A DNA stretch of 64,000 bases from a virus: positions 1 to 64,000 of IMG/VR virus record IMGVR_UViG_3300045988_116039; one strand, written 5' to 3'. The notes beneath the pieces are model-generated. The model saw only the letters and a list, made by a program, of their open reading frames with translations. It was not told the DNA's origin and ran no database searches. Positions 37,715 to 46,591 of the stretch are shown piece by piece. Within the stretch, counting starts at the first letter, position 1. The number at the start of each line of letters is the position of its first letter. The translations under genes were made by a program, and so were the position numbers.

Positions 37715-38371
37715 ATGGCAGAATTGAAAATAGGTTTTGTAACCTTCAATCCGGGATCAGGTGACGGTGATCAGGCGGTTACCGTATCAGGTGAAAAATA
37801 CGAAGGTCGTGTACAGCGTACGTTACAAGTAGAATTTGGTGCCGAATCCGGGGATGTTAAGAAAAGTGCTACCATAAACCAAGCTCCGGTAGCTGAGTTC
37901 GTAAAAATAGATCCTACTGCATCAGTAGGAAAAGGAGGTGGTGCTGTAACGATCAACGGTACAAGTAACTCAACTAAATTAACGTTCTCCTTAACTCCAG
38001 ACGAGTCTCATCCTCTGACGCTGAAAATACCAGCCTCCTATCAGGCAGCAGGCAAGGCTACCAATAACGGTGCTGTTATTGCCGACGACCCTGGTGCAAC
38101 AGGGGGATTTGCTTTCAGTATCGTATTCTCCGGTATTGCAGCGAACACTAATATAAACGATCTGGTAAATACTCTTAAGGTGACGGCCGCTGGTGGTCAG
38201 ACAGCTAATACGGTTATTACCCAGACAGCAGGTGATCCGTTCTTGGAGATAGACAAGGAGGTAATTAACTTGGATGCAAACGGTACTCCTCAGACTATCA
38301 ATGTTAATGCAAACATCAGGTGGACTATCACGCAAGCTGTTTCTAAGTTGGTAAGGAAAGTAATGAAATAA
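37715..38371 (+). CDS. Hypothetical Gly/Thr/Ala-rich protein (beta-rich, possibly a virion or surface-exposed protein) with its own promoter and terminator
   Basis: 218 aa. A TATCTTTG -7 motif lies at 37672-37679 and a hairpin plus T-tract follows at 38395-38423. It is the only + strand gene in this neighbourhood. Confidence 0.6.
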   Translation: MAELKIGFVTFNPGSGDGDQAVTVSGEKYEGRVQRTLQVEFGAESGDVKKSATINQAPVAEFVKIDPTASVGKGGGAVTINGTSNSTKLTFSLTPDESHPLTLKIPASYQAAGKATNNGAVIADDPGATGGFAFSIVFSGIAANTNINDLVNTLKVTAAGGQTANTVITQTAGDPFLEIDKEVINLDANGTPQTINVNANIRWTITQAVSKLVRKVMK

Positions 38372-38394
38372 CAATTACTTACAGAAAAAGAAAA

Positions 38395-38423
38395 GGGGCG
38401 TCTATTTGGCGTCCCTTTTTTCT
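38395..38423 (+). terminator. Rho-independent terminator (GGGGCGUC-UAUUU-GGCGUCCC followed by UUUUUU)
   Basis: 8-bp stem including two G-U pairs, a 5-nt loop and a T-tract, 24 nt after the stop of 37715-38371. Confidence 0.55.
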
Positions 38424-38671
38424 ATGCATTGTATGTAGTATTTATCTTTTTGCCTACTGACAAAAATCTTTTTTAAAATCATCTGTTTTCTGATATGGAC
38501 TCTTTTCCCGTCATCTAATTCCCTCCATATTTCATTAAAGATCAAATCTATTAATTCCATGACCTTCTTATCGGAGACAAGATTCTTCCTACCGGGGCTG
38601 ACCCATCCATCATCAGTCATCTTACCGGCTATCCTATTAGCTATCCTGCTTAATTCACGTGGGGTACTCAT
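38402..38671 (-). CDS. Hypothetical protein
   Basis: ORF of 89 aa. Confidence 0.45.
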   Translation of the reverse strand: MSTPRELSRIANRIAGKMTDDGWVSPGRKNLVSDKKVMELIDLIFNEIWRELDDGKRVHIRKQMILKKIFVSRQKDKYYIQCIEKRDAK

Positions 38672-38922
38672 TTTAATCTGCTTTTAAATATTCTACCTTT
38701 TTCACACTGAAGTATGCAGTCTCTCATGGGATGATCTTGTTCGTGATCGTCACACATCGGAAATTCATTTCCATAGGGGAAAGCAATGTGCGGGCACTGC
38801 GCCCTGAACGCATCCCAGGCCGACTTCCTCACAGCCTCAGCTCCGGCACGCACGCCCTTCTCTCTTTCCTTGGCTGGGTCTGCATACACGTTTGAAATAG
38901 CTCTTTTCTTCCAAGTGAGCAT
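38668..38922 (-). CDS. Hypothetical Cys/His-rich protein
   Basis: The track ORF is 38668-39000. The ATG at 38922 (MLTWKK...) avoids the TnpB right end. Cys/His cluster CPHIAFPYGNEFPMCDDHEQDH...C. Confidence 0.4.
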   Translation of the reverse strand: MLTWKKRAISNVYADPAKEREKGVRAGAEAVRKSAWDAFRAQCPHIAFPYGNEFPMCDDHEQDHPMRDCILQCEKGRIFKSRLK

Positions 38923-38928
38923 ATTGTA

Positions 38929-40140
38929 TTGACATACTCCCATCGCTAAAGCAAATGGGATTCTTGGATACAAACGTATGGAACCCCTGCATTTCTGCAA
39001 CTGGAATTACCCATACTCTCCAATTCGGAAATGCCCTTCCGAAGTATATTACGGGCTGCAAGAACATCACGGTCGTTTACCGCTCCGCACGACGGGCATA
39101 CCCACGTGCGGTCGCGTAACGACAGTCCTTTATTAATGCAGCCACATTCGCAAGTTTTGGAAGAAGGATACCATTTGTCAATCTTGTGTACTATCACTCC
39201 ATACTTTGAAGCAACATACATTAGCTTATCAATAAAAGAAGAATGGCTAAGATCAGAAACCTTCTTTCCCCACAAACGCTTCATTCCTTCAATGTTTAAA
39301 TCTTCAATAAAAATATAATCATATTGTTTGCATAACTGATGAGCTAATTTCCATTGAAAATCTGATCGAAGATCGTTTATTTTACGATACGTTTGTTGTA
39401 GTTCAAACAGCCTCCTTCTTCTATTGTTAGATCCTTTCTTAGCATTAGAAAATTTCTTACTTAGTTTTCTAATCTTGTTTTGATATTGTTTGAAGAATAG
39501 AGGAGAATCGATTTTGCTACCATCGCTTTTAGTTAGATAAGTTTTCAGCCCAAAATCCAATCCTATAGATACACCATCATGTGTCTTTCTATAAGAGTTT
39601 ATAAGATTATGATCTGTAATAATTATCAGACTATATCGATGGCATGTTTCTCTAACTATTCTAATTTGTTTAACATTACCTTCATAAGGTCTACTGTATG
39701 AAAACTTAAAACGTTTCTTTCCTTTGTTAATTGTTAAACAATTACCATTTAGGGTAAACCCTCCTTGTTTAAATACAAAAGAATTGAATTTATCCGGTGA
39801 TTTAAACTTAGGAGGTCGTTTGGCCAATTTCTTGAAGAAACGATTGTATGATGAGTCTAATCTATGAAGGATTTCTTGTACTGTTTGAGAATGAAGTAGA
39901 TTTCTTTTAATCCTTTTGGAAAAATGCTTTTGTATCTTACCAACTGGTATGTATTTCCCAAACAGTCTATAATATCTACGTTGTAGAGCTAAAGCATGAT
40001 TCCATACAAAACAGCATTCGCGAAGCATCTTGTCAAGATACTTCGTTTTCTTTGAATGATAGATGTTGTATTTGTAGGAAATCATTTTTAACCACATTTA
40101 TAATACAAATATAATAATAACTTTTTGGCATATCTCAGAA
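38929..40140 (-). mobile_element. IS200/IS605-family TnpB-only element (copy 2). The right end is at about 38929; the left end is approximate.
   Basis: Homology with copy 1 ends after AGTATGTCAA (complement of 38929-38938). The left-end boundary was not determined. Confidence 0.5.
38946..40097 (-). CDS. tnpB: TnpB (IS200/IS605 OrfB family, RuvC-like RNA-guided nuclease), full length
   Basis: 383 aa. RuvC-I GLDFGLKTY, a CECG...CPSCG zinc finger and RuvC-III DRDVLAARNI. It is a diverged inverted copy of the fragment at 1-201. Confidence 0.85.
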   Translation of the reverse strand: MWLKMISYKYNIYHSKKTKYLDKMLRECCFVWNHALALQRRYYRLFGKYIPVGKIQKHFSKRIKRNLLHSQTVQEILHRLDSSYNRFFKKLAKRPPKFKSPDKFNSFVFKQGGFTLNGNCLTINKGKKRFKFSYSRPYEGNVKQIRIVRETCHRYSLIIITDHNLINSYRKTHDGVSIGLDFGLKTYLTKSDGSKIDSPLFFKQYQNKIRKLSKKFSNAKKGSNNRRRRLFELQQTYRKINDLRSDFQWKLAHQLCKQYDYIFIEDLNIEGMKRLWGKKVSDLSHSSFIDKLMYVASKYGVIVHKIDKWYPSSKTCECGCINKGLSLRDRTWVCPSCGAVNDRDVLAARNILRKGISELESMGNSSCRNAGVPYVCIQESHLL

Positions 40141-40208
40141 TCAATTATTAAAAAATACATATATGAATAAAAGAATCATTGAGCCCCTGCTTAAAAGCAG
40201 GGGCTTTG

Positions 40209-40649
40209 TTAAAGATAGTAAAACTTATCCACCAGTTTCCTACCCACTACATCAAACTTCTGTCTATGAATTAAAGGTGCGACCTTAACGACGTTCTTCC
40301 TATTTTTACTAACATCGACATAAATCAGCCCGGCATAAGACGGAACTTCATTTACGTCAATCATATTAGGCGGACAGGCGTAGTAGAAATAGTTTGGAGG
40401 ATAGCTTATGACACCACCTACCTTAATAATGCCGTCTTTAAGAACCTTATGTTTTTTATCCTTTTTGAAGTCGTTAAAGAAATCTTGTTTAGACATCTTG
40501 ACCTCTACTTCATAAGCGTACAATGATCTTGTTATGGCCAGGAAGTCAGATTCCCAATCATATATATGGAGATTGTTAATAACATACATCGGATTACTTA
40601 ACAGATCCCTATTAAGGATCTTAAGCATTTGTTGCTCTGGGTAGTTCAT
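40209..40649 (-). CDS. MmcB-like PD-(D/E)xK-fold protein (putative nuclease)
   Basis: YAYEVEVKMSKQDFFNDFKKDKKHK resembles the MmcB-like motif aiEvKvS..Dl..D.K. Confidence 0.4.
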   Translation of the reverse strand: MNYPEQQMLKILNRDLLSNPMYVINNLHIYDWESDFLAITRSLYAYEVEVKMSKQDFFNDFKKDKKHKVLKDGIIKVGGVISYPPNYFYYACPPNMIDVNEVPSYAGLIYVDVSKNRKNVVKVAPLIHRQKFDVVGRKLVDKFYYL

Positions 40650-41095
40650 TTTTTATTTTTATAATTTAATGTTTGAGAATGACAATTAGGGCATAATATT
40701 TGCAAATTTTCTATCCTGTTGTCACTTTTTATACCATTTATATGGTGAAGCTGTAATGATATATCCTTTTCCATCCATTTTGAAATACCACATATGTCAC
40801 ATTTTCGCTCCTTTAATCCCTCTTTTATTAATCTTCTTCTAAGACAATCAGTATTTAAATAATTTGAATTTTCAACAAGTATCTCATTAAGCGGTCTATT
40901 TATCCTAAATATTGACAATTCTTTAGATTTATAAAAATGAGAGGTATCTATTTTAAAAATAATAAATTTATGATGTAACGTTTTTATATTTCCAGAATTA
41001 GGATACAATCCAAGAGCTCTACATACATCTGAATATGTATGAACATTCCTTACTATACCTTCAAGCAATTCTTTTGTATATAAAATTCTTCTCAT
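40646..41095 (-). CDS. HNH endonuclease with an N-terminal HTH-like region
   Basis: HHINGIKSDNRIENLQILCPNCH (HNH motif). Confidence 0.7.
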   Translation of the reverse strand: MRRILYTKELLEGIVRNVHTYSDVCRALGLYPNSGNIKTLHHKFIIFKIDTSHFYKSKELSIFRINRPLNEILVENSNYLNTDCLRRRLIKEGLKERKCDICGISKWMEKDISLQLHHINGIKSDNRIENLQILCPNCHSQTLNYKNKK

Positions 41096-41100
41096 GTTAT

Positions 41101-41172
41101 ATTAATTTAGAGGCCGATGGCGGGATCGAACCGCCATAAAAGGTTTTGCGGACCTCCGGCTAAACCATTCAC
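41101..41172 (-). tRNA. tRNA, anticodon probably GCA (Cys); C at position 33
   Basis: The reverse complement folds as acceptor GGCCGAT/ATCGGCC, T-arm GGCGG-TTCGATC-CCGCC and anticodon stem GAGGT/ACCTT with loop CCGCAAA. Confidence 0.65.
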
Positions 41173-41178
41173 CCAATC

Positions 41179-41250
41179 GGCCATATTGTAGCCCAACCGG
41201 GAGTCGAACCCGGAACTAAAGTTTAGGAAACTTTTGTTATATCCGTTTAA
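41179..41250 (-). tRNA. tRNA-Arg (anticodon CCT)
   Basis: The reverse complement gives D-stem GTTA/TAAC, anticodon stem AAAGT/ACTTT with loop TTCCTAA, T-arm CCGGG-TTCGACT-CCCGG and acceptor AGCCTGG/TTGGGCT (with G-U pairs). Confidence 0.65.
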
Positions 41251-41328
41251 CTACCAGGCTATTTAATGTTTGCTATGTTCACACACCGCAAACACTGAGA
41301 TAATTAACATTTCCACAAAAACTTATCG

Positions 41329-41399
41329 TTATCCAAGGAGGATTCGAACCTCCGCTAACAGAACCAAAATCTGTTGTGCTACCACTACACCATTGGACA
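41329..41399 (-). tRNA. tRNA-Gln (anticodon TTG)
   Basis: Acceptor TGTCCAA/TTGGATA (U1-A72), D-arm GTGT-AGTGGTA-GCAC, anticodon stem ACAGA/TCTGT with loop TTTTGGT, T-arm GGAGG-TTCGAAT-CCTCC. Confidence 0.7.
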
Positions 41400-41403
41400 G
41401 TGG

Positions 41404-41480
41404 TCCGGTAGGAGGGATTTGAACCCACGTGTAACCAACTACCCTTTCTACAAGGTATAAGCTTGAGGGGATACTACCGG
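41404..41480 (-). tRNA. tRNA-like gene of uncertain identity (non-canonical; CCA encoded)
   Basis: Perfect 7-bp acceptor CCGGTAG/CTACCGG with a 3' A-CCA. T-arm GTGGG-TTCAAAT-CCCTC has one mismatch. The interior is 77 nt with no clean D/anticodon fold, and the best anticodon stem has a 6-nt loop. Confidence 0.4.
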
Positions 41481-41487
41481 ATAAAAT

Positions 41488-41994
41488 TTATGTATAAATC
41501 CTATTTTTACAAATATTAATTATGGTAGCGCGTGATAAATCAAAAATATCGGCTATTTCTCCATAAGACATATTGCGATTATTTCTCATATCCCTTATCG
41601 TTTTAGCCACATCATTATTTATCTTTCCACTATATAAATTTGACTCTTCACCCTTTCTTATTTTAAACAGCCCCAATCTTATGGCTTCCTTAGTATTATA
41701 AGAAAGTGTACACCATTCAAGATTATCATAGTTATTATTCAATTTGTTTCCATCTATATGATTTAAAACATTTAAATTTTCATCATATTTATCAACAAAG
41801 TAAATACCGACCAATCTATGAATACAAAATGATTTATACTTTCCATTTTTACATAAATTCACATAATAGTATCCTCCTTGATTTATCCTTTTCTTTAAGA
41901 TCTTACTCTTTCCTGATTTAAAAGAAAAAACATCTCCGCAATCAGAAATAAAATAATCTCCATCATATCCTTTAATTTCTACTAATCTACTCAT
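41488..41994 (-). CDS. HNH homing endonuclease (NUMOD4-like N-terminus plus HNH_3)
   Basis: N-terminal GYDGDYFISDCGDVFS and VLNHIDGNKLNNNYDNLEWCT (HNH_3). Confidence 0.7.
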   Translation of the reverse strand: MSRLVEIKGYDGDYFISDCGDVFSFKSGKSKILKKRINQGGYYYVNLCKNGKYKSFCIHRLVGIYFVDKYDENLNVLNHIDGNKLNNNYDNLEWCTLSYNTKEAIRLGLFKIRKGEESNLYSGKINNDVAKTIRDMRNNRNMSYGEIADIFDLSRATIINICKNRIYT

Positions 41995-42153
41995 TTTATT
42001 GATTAATTATAGAACAAGTAGGTATCTTTTCAGATACCTACTCATAGGACTTAATTTTAGATACTCACTTTATTAAAAAACTCTCTCTCAACGCAAAGTT
42101 AAGTACTAACCTAAAATATGGCAAACTTTAAAACATAAAAAGATTAAAATAAC

Positions 42154-42918
42154 TCACTTCTTTTTTTTCTTCTTCTTTTTAGTGTCTTTTACTTGTTCAG
42201 CTTCGTTTTCGGACTCCACTATATCACCGGCTTCTTCCTGAATCACATCTGTATCAAGAAGCGTATTGTATTTCACTTCTTTATTTTCATCAAATTTCTC
42301 CGATTCTGCCACATCCTTATCTGACTCCTCATCTTTATCCAATTCCGGCTCAGCGACATCGTTTTTGTCTTTACCGATTATACCTATCTGATAGCCTCTT
42401 AATTCTACTTGCATTGATTTCAGCTTAGATTCTAACTCCTGTATTGCCTTGGCTCCAATAGAAACCTCATTTTCCAAATCTCCGATTCTGATCCTGGCCT
42501 CAATCAATGCATTTGATTTCTTTTTTAATTCATATGATATACTGTTTTTCTTTTCTTCCAAGTTACTGATTTTGTAATTAGCCTCATCAAGATCGGACTT
42601 GACTTTGTCAAGATCAGCCTTGGCCGCATCAAGTTCTTCCGTTTTCTTCTTGACGCTTTTTATCAGCTTCTTCTGATTTTCCTTCAAGGCGTCAATCTTT
42701 TCCTTAGACTCAGAAAGATCTTTGCCAATAGATAAAATCTCTTTATCCTTTGAAGCGATATCTGACTTAAGTTCTGAAAGCCTTTCCTTGTAAAAATCAG
42801 CCTTATCCTGCATTTCCTCAATTTCTTTTGCAAGATTTTCGGATTTAATAGCTTTCTCCCTGTACATTGACAGCTTGCTGTCTGTGATGAATGTAAAACC
42901 TAACATGCTCATTTTCAA
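42154..42918 (-). CDS. Hypothetical coiled-coil protein with a poly-Lys C-terminus
   Basis: 254 aa with heptad-like E/K-rich sequence and ...KKKKKKKK at the end. Confidence 0.55.
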   Translation of the reverse strand: MKMSMLGFTFITDSKLSMYREKAIKSENLAKEIEEMQDKADFYKERLSELKSDIASKDKEILSIGKDLSESKEKIDALKENQKKLIKSVKKKTEELDAAKADLDKVKSDLDEANYKISNLEEKKNSISYELKKKSNALIEARIRIGDLENEVSIGAKAIQELESKLKSMQVELRGYQIGIIGKDKNDVAEPELDKDEESDKDVAESEKFDENKEVKYNTLLDTDVIQEEAGDIVESENEAEQVKDTKKKKKKKK

Positions 42919-42930
42919 AATATTTAAACA

Positions 42931-43602
42931 TTACTTAACTCCGGAACTACCAAGACCTTTTTCTCCACGTTCATTTCCGTCTTCTACCTCAATATCTGTC
43001 ACCTCTTCCAATACCATTTTGTATTGTGGAACGATTTCCATCTGAGCTATTCTATCGTTTTTATGGATTACGGTCGGTTTTTTATTGACTTTAGTAAGAT
43101 TAACCATATACTCTCCTTTGTAGGTAAATTCGCATTTACCGGGCGAGTTAGTAACTACCACTCCCTCGTCAAAAGAGAATCCCGATCTTCCTTCTACATT
43201 CACACACCATCCTTCTGGGATATTCAACTTGAAGCCGGTTCCGATTCTAACAGAATAACCTTGATATAAGGTGATTGATTCAAAATCGGAAGGAACATCT
43301 ATTTCCACTCCCATGTCATTCACCATCTTCACCACTCTATATGCACGAATATCACAACATGCATCACCATCATGCTTGTATTCAGGTATCACGACATCGG
43401 GATACAGCTTCTTAATACCTACCTGCACAGTCTTCTGATAACCTGGAGTCAAATACGATTCAGGTATTTTATTAACAACCTTATCTTCTTTTTTATGTTT
43501 GTTGTTCTTTTCAGAAACAGTATCCTTCTTGCTATCTTCTTTTTCAGAAAGAAGTCTTTCAATATCTTCTAACTTGTCCATAATTATATTTTTATAGTAC
43601 AA
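42931..43602 (-). CDS. dut: dUTP diphosphatase (trimeric dUTPase) with an N-terminal extension of about 60 aa
   Basis: Motifs DACCDIRA, GRSGFS, SPGKCEFTYKGE and the C-terminal RGEKGLGSSG. Confidence 0.8.
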   Translation of the reverse strand: MYYKNIIMDKLEDIERLLSEKEDSKKDTVSEKNNKHKKEDKVVNKIPESYLTPGYQKTVQVGIKKLYPDVVIPEYKHDGDACCDIRAYRVVKMVNDMGVEIDVPSDFESITLYQGYSVRIGTGFKLNIPEGWCVNVEGRSGFSFDEGVVVTNSPGKCEFTYKGEYMVNLTKVNKKPTVIHKNDRIAQMEIVPQYKMVLEEVTDIEVEDGNERGEKGLGSSGVK

Positions 43603-43841
43603 TAAACAATACCTTCTTTTTTTATATCCTTCGTTGATTCATAACACTCACGAAAAGTACTTATGTCTGCATCATTAGGATCATCGACCCACTCATCTCC
43701 TTGCTTATATTTTTCTCTGGTTTCTGAGTAGATCATACATAATTTATCCCCATGCTTCGCCATAATCCTTTCTTCTGTCACTTTCCTACGAAGTTTAATA
43801 AGGGGAAATCTTGTAACTATTTCTACCATCATTCTACACAA
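43584..43841 (-). CDS. Hypothetical protein
   Basis: ORF of 85 aa. Confidence 0.45.
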   Translation of the reverse strand: MCRMMVEIVTRFPLIKLRRKVTEERIMAKHGDKLCMIYSETREKYKQGDEWVDDPNDADISTFRECYESTKDIKKEGIVYCTIKI

Positions 43842-43887
43842 TCTTTAAAAGCCCAAGAGATGTTATTCTCCTGGGCTGATGTTTATA

Positions 43888-44835
43888 TTAAAATGGAAGG
43901 TCATCTTCTTCCATAGGAGGGAAGTTCGGCATCTGTGCTTGCGGCTGTGGCTGCGTCTGATGCTGAGGCTTGGTGCTCCTTGTAGTAGGTGCCGGGGCAG
44001 GTGCAGCCGGCTGAGCCGGGGCCTGATACTGAGCAGGCTGTTGAGCAGGCTGTTGGTAATTCTGATACGGAATAGCACTCGGAACAGACTGAGGTTGTTG
44101 AACCTGTTGAGGCTCGGCCGGCTGCTGGGTATAAGTCTGAGGAGCTACCGGCTCTTGCTGAGTATTTCCTCCTAAACCTAATTTAGCCATTATACCGGCT
44201 CTGATGTCTTTAATAGAAGCATTGAACCTGTTTGAATATTCAGTAATCTTCTGATAAGTAAAGTTGTTTTGAGCTGAATAATCGAGGCTTTTCTTGCCAT
44301 CAAATCCTGTAACTTCAACAGGGTCAGGCCAACCATTTACGCCTTTTTTATAAAAACGTTCAACAAGCTGATCATTTTCTCCGTCTACTCCGGCATATGC
44401 GATAATAAGTTCCGAAGATCCAAACTCATCATCTTTCTTCTTCTTAAAGACATTGAAATAAATTTCACGACTGAAATCGATGTTTTCGTAGTATTTTACG
44501 AAGCTCTTAACAAAGCCCTTGATATTTCCTTTTTGATTTACGAGAGGTATGGAAATACAATAGTTTTCATTAAGCTCGTAATCTTTCAACACGATAAGGA
44601 AATTAGTAACAGTATTTCCATTAGAGAAAGTACTTGTCTTTAACCCGATGTAGTTGATGTATCCAACTATTCCATTATAATACTCTTTCCAATACCCCGC
44701 CGGCTGACCGCTATTAGGATTTATGTGCTGAACAAAACCTTCTTTTGGTTCGTTACTTTTTTCATACAAGTTACCATCCGAATTAATATACAGATAATAA
44801 GTTGTACCAAAACTTCTGTTTTCTCTAAAAGCCAT
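43888..44835 (-). CDS. ssb: Single-stranded DNA-binding protein with a Q/P-rich linker and an acidic C-terminal tail
   Basis: The C-terminus ...MEEDDLPF matches the bacterial SSB DDDIPF tip. A long P/Q-rich disordered linker precedes it. The N-terminal fold was not verified. Confidence 0.55.
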   Translation of the reverse strand: MAFRENRSFGTTYYLYINSDGNLYEKSNEPKEGFVQHINPNSGQPAGYWKEYYNGIVGYINYIGLKTSTFSNGNTVTNFLIVLKDYELNENYCISIPLVNQKGNIKGFVKSFVKYYENIDFSREIYFNVFKKKKDDEFGSSELIIAYAGVDGENDQLVERFYKKGVNGWPDPVEVTGFDGKKSLDYSAQNNFTYQKITEYSNRFNASIKDIRAGIMAKLGLGGNTQQEPVAPQTYTQQPAEPQQVQQPQSVPSAIPYQNYQQPAQQPAQYQAPAQPAAPAPAPTTRSTKPQHQTQPQPQAQMPNFPPMEEDDLPF

Positions 44836-44846
44836 ATTATTATTTT

Positions 44847-45956
44847 TTATAGATTATACAATGTTTGATTTAAGACGTATGTTGATTCGTATTTAGGATT
44901 GAACATCTTTATCATCTTATACTGATCAGACCAATCCATAACAACATCTCCTTTTATAAGTGATTTTACGGAAGACAGTATATTTTCCTTACCGATAGAA
45001 AAATTAAAACACGGGCCTTCCAGCGCATTAAAAGGCATTGATTCCATTATCTTTTTTCTATTTCCAAAATCCTCAGACATTACTGTTATGCCGTTTTCTT
45101 CATCTACCTTAACATTGACAACATTATCCACTAAAGTCATGGAATTAAGAACCGATATAAGCAAATCCCTATCGAACTTAACACTCGAAGATTTTTCGAA
45201 TTTATTACATACGTATTCGTAGTTAGGATACTGTTGTTCTACGTTCATATCCGATATAATCACATTATCAAAGCATAAGAACGTCCTAACGCCATCTGTG
45301 GAAATACTGATCTCCGTATCCTTATCAGATAGAAAGCGGTATAAAATAGAAGCTGCGACCTCACTTAACATAATCGACCTTTCTTCTACTGCATTAGCAT
45401 ATTCTTTCCTGTTTATAAACAGACGGAACATATCAGTAGAAACAATGTCAATATAGTCCTTCTTCACATTAAGAAGAATCGAGCATATAGCCGGTCTAAA
45501 TTCATCCGATCCAACAAACGCAAAAGATCTTTTCATAGACTGAATGAAAGACGAGCTCATAACACGAATACCATCACCTACAGGATAAAAGAAATCAGGG
45601 AAAGCCTTATCCTCAATCCAAGTAGAAGAAAAAGATCCTCTATCGTATTTAAAAACGATACTGTAATCGTTTTTAATCTCTATCTCTATATCCTGGTTAT
45701 GATTTTTAAAAAATGAAATAAGAGTCCCGGCATCTACTAAAATAGTAAACTTCTGGTCACAAGAAATATCAGTATTCACATCGAAAATATCATCCGTATA
45801 TGTTATACGTTCGTTCATGGCTTGTATCCGGATATGATCAAAATATAAAGTAATTTTTATATTCGATGTTACACAATCCTTTAAGACCTTATCAAACATC
45901 TTTGAAATATTTGAAAGCTTCTCATTCATTAGTATGCCAGGAACTCTTACTTTCAT
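44847..45956 (-). CDS. Hypothetical protein, possibly a DNA polymerase sliding clamp (DnaN-like)
   Basis: 369 aa, next to SSB. The call rests on size and context only. Confidence 0.35.
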   Translation of the reverse strand: MKVRVPGILMNEKLSNISKMFDKVLKDCVTSNIKITLYFDHIRIQAMNERITYTDDIFDVNTDISCDQKFTILVDAGTLISFFKNHNQDIEIEIKNDYSIVFKYDRGSFSSTWIEDKAFPDFFYPVGDGIRVMSSSFIQSMKRSFAFVGSDEFRPAICSILLNVKKDYIDIVSTDMFRLFINRKEYANAVEERSIMLSEVAASILYRFLSDKDTEISISTDGVRTFLCFDNVIISDMNVEQQYPNYEYVCNKFEKSSSVKFDRDLLISVLNSMTLVDNVVNVKVDEENGITVMSEDFGNRKKIMESMPFNALEGPCFNFSIGKENILSSVKSLIKGDVVMDWSDQYKMIKMFNPKYESTYVLNQTLYNL

Positions 45957-46051
45957 TTTTAAAACTTACGATTATGATTATCTAACACTGCAAATGTATT
46001 ATTTTAAAATCTAATTTTGAATTAATTTGATTTAAAATGATTTAAAATAGA

Positions 46052-46585
46052 TTAAATACTTCTTCTTGCTGCTTCTGCTATCAGCATCGCATCAACTATA
46101 CCGTCATGAGCGGTCTTACATCTTTCGTTTTTAACGAAAGTATCGTTTGGCCACAGCCTTTTAGCGCAAGCTAATGACGTTTTCTTAGTATTTACCTTAC
46201 TGGCTTCCATAACCTTATCAGAATGTGTCCAAACCAATTTCTGCCATGTTTTAGGAGCTATGAAATTAACGGAACAACTTATGTCCGTAAATGCCATGCA
46301 GAGGGAGAGGAACAGCCCATGCAGTTGGCCTTTGTTCTCCATGAGGGAGGCTGTAGAGGACGTGCTGACCCCGTACAGGGCGTGGACGTCCTCTATGACA
46401 AATACTACCCTATCAGGATTGTTTTCTACGATCGTATCCCGGCAAAAAACATATTCTTTAGTCAAGTCTACCGGCCCTGAAGCTGATATTCTTGGAGTGG
46501 AGATTCTTGATATTAGTTTGCTGTCTTGATCGATGCAGGCTATGGCTCCATCTTTTCCTGGATCTGCTGCTATATATAGTATCAT
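46052..46585 (-). CDS. RuvC-like Holliday-junction resolvase (phage type)
   Basis: ILYIAADPGKDGAIA (catalytic D), IEDV and HDGIVDAMLIA motifs. Confidence 0.65.
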   Translation of the reverse strand: MILYIAADPGKDGAIACIDQDSKLISRISTPRISASGPVDLTKEYVFCRDTIVENNPDRVVFVIEDVHALYGVSTSSTASLMENKGQLHGLFLSLCMAFTDISCSVNFIAPKTWQKLVWTHSDKVMEASKVNTKKTSLACAKRLWPNDTFVKNERCKTAHDGIVDAMLIAEAARRSI

Positions 46586-46591
46586 AATGCA

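Noticed and set aside
42154-42918. Coiled-coil K-rich protein as a tape-measure or scaffold protein
   Set aside because: It lies in the early/replication block far from the structural module and is only 254 aa. Coiled-coil content alone is insufficient.
43863-44175. Arg/Leu-rich ORFs 43863-44078 (-) and 43879-44175 (+)
   Set aside because: Both lie within the CAG/CCG-rich Q/P linker of the SSB gene. Low-complexity sequence of this kind generates open frames on both strands.
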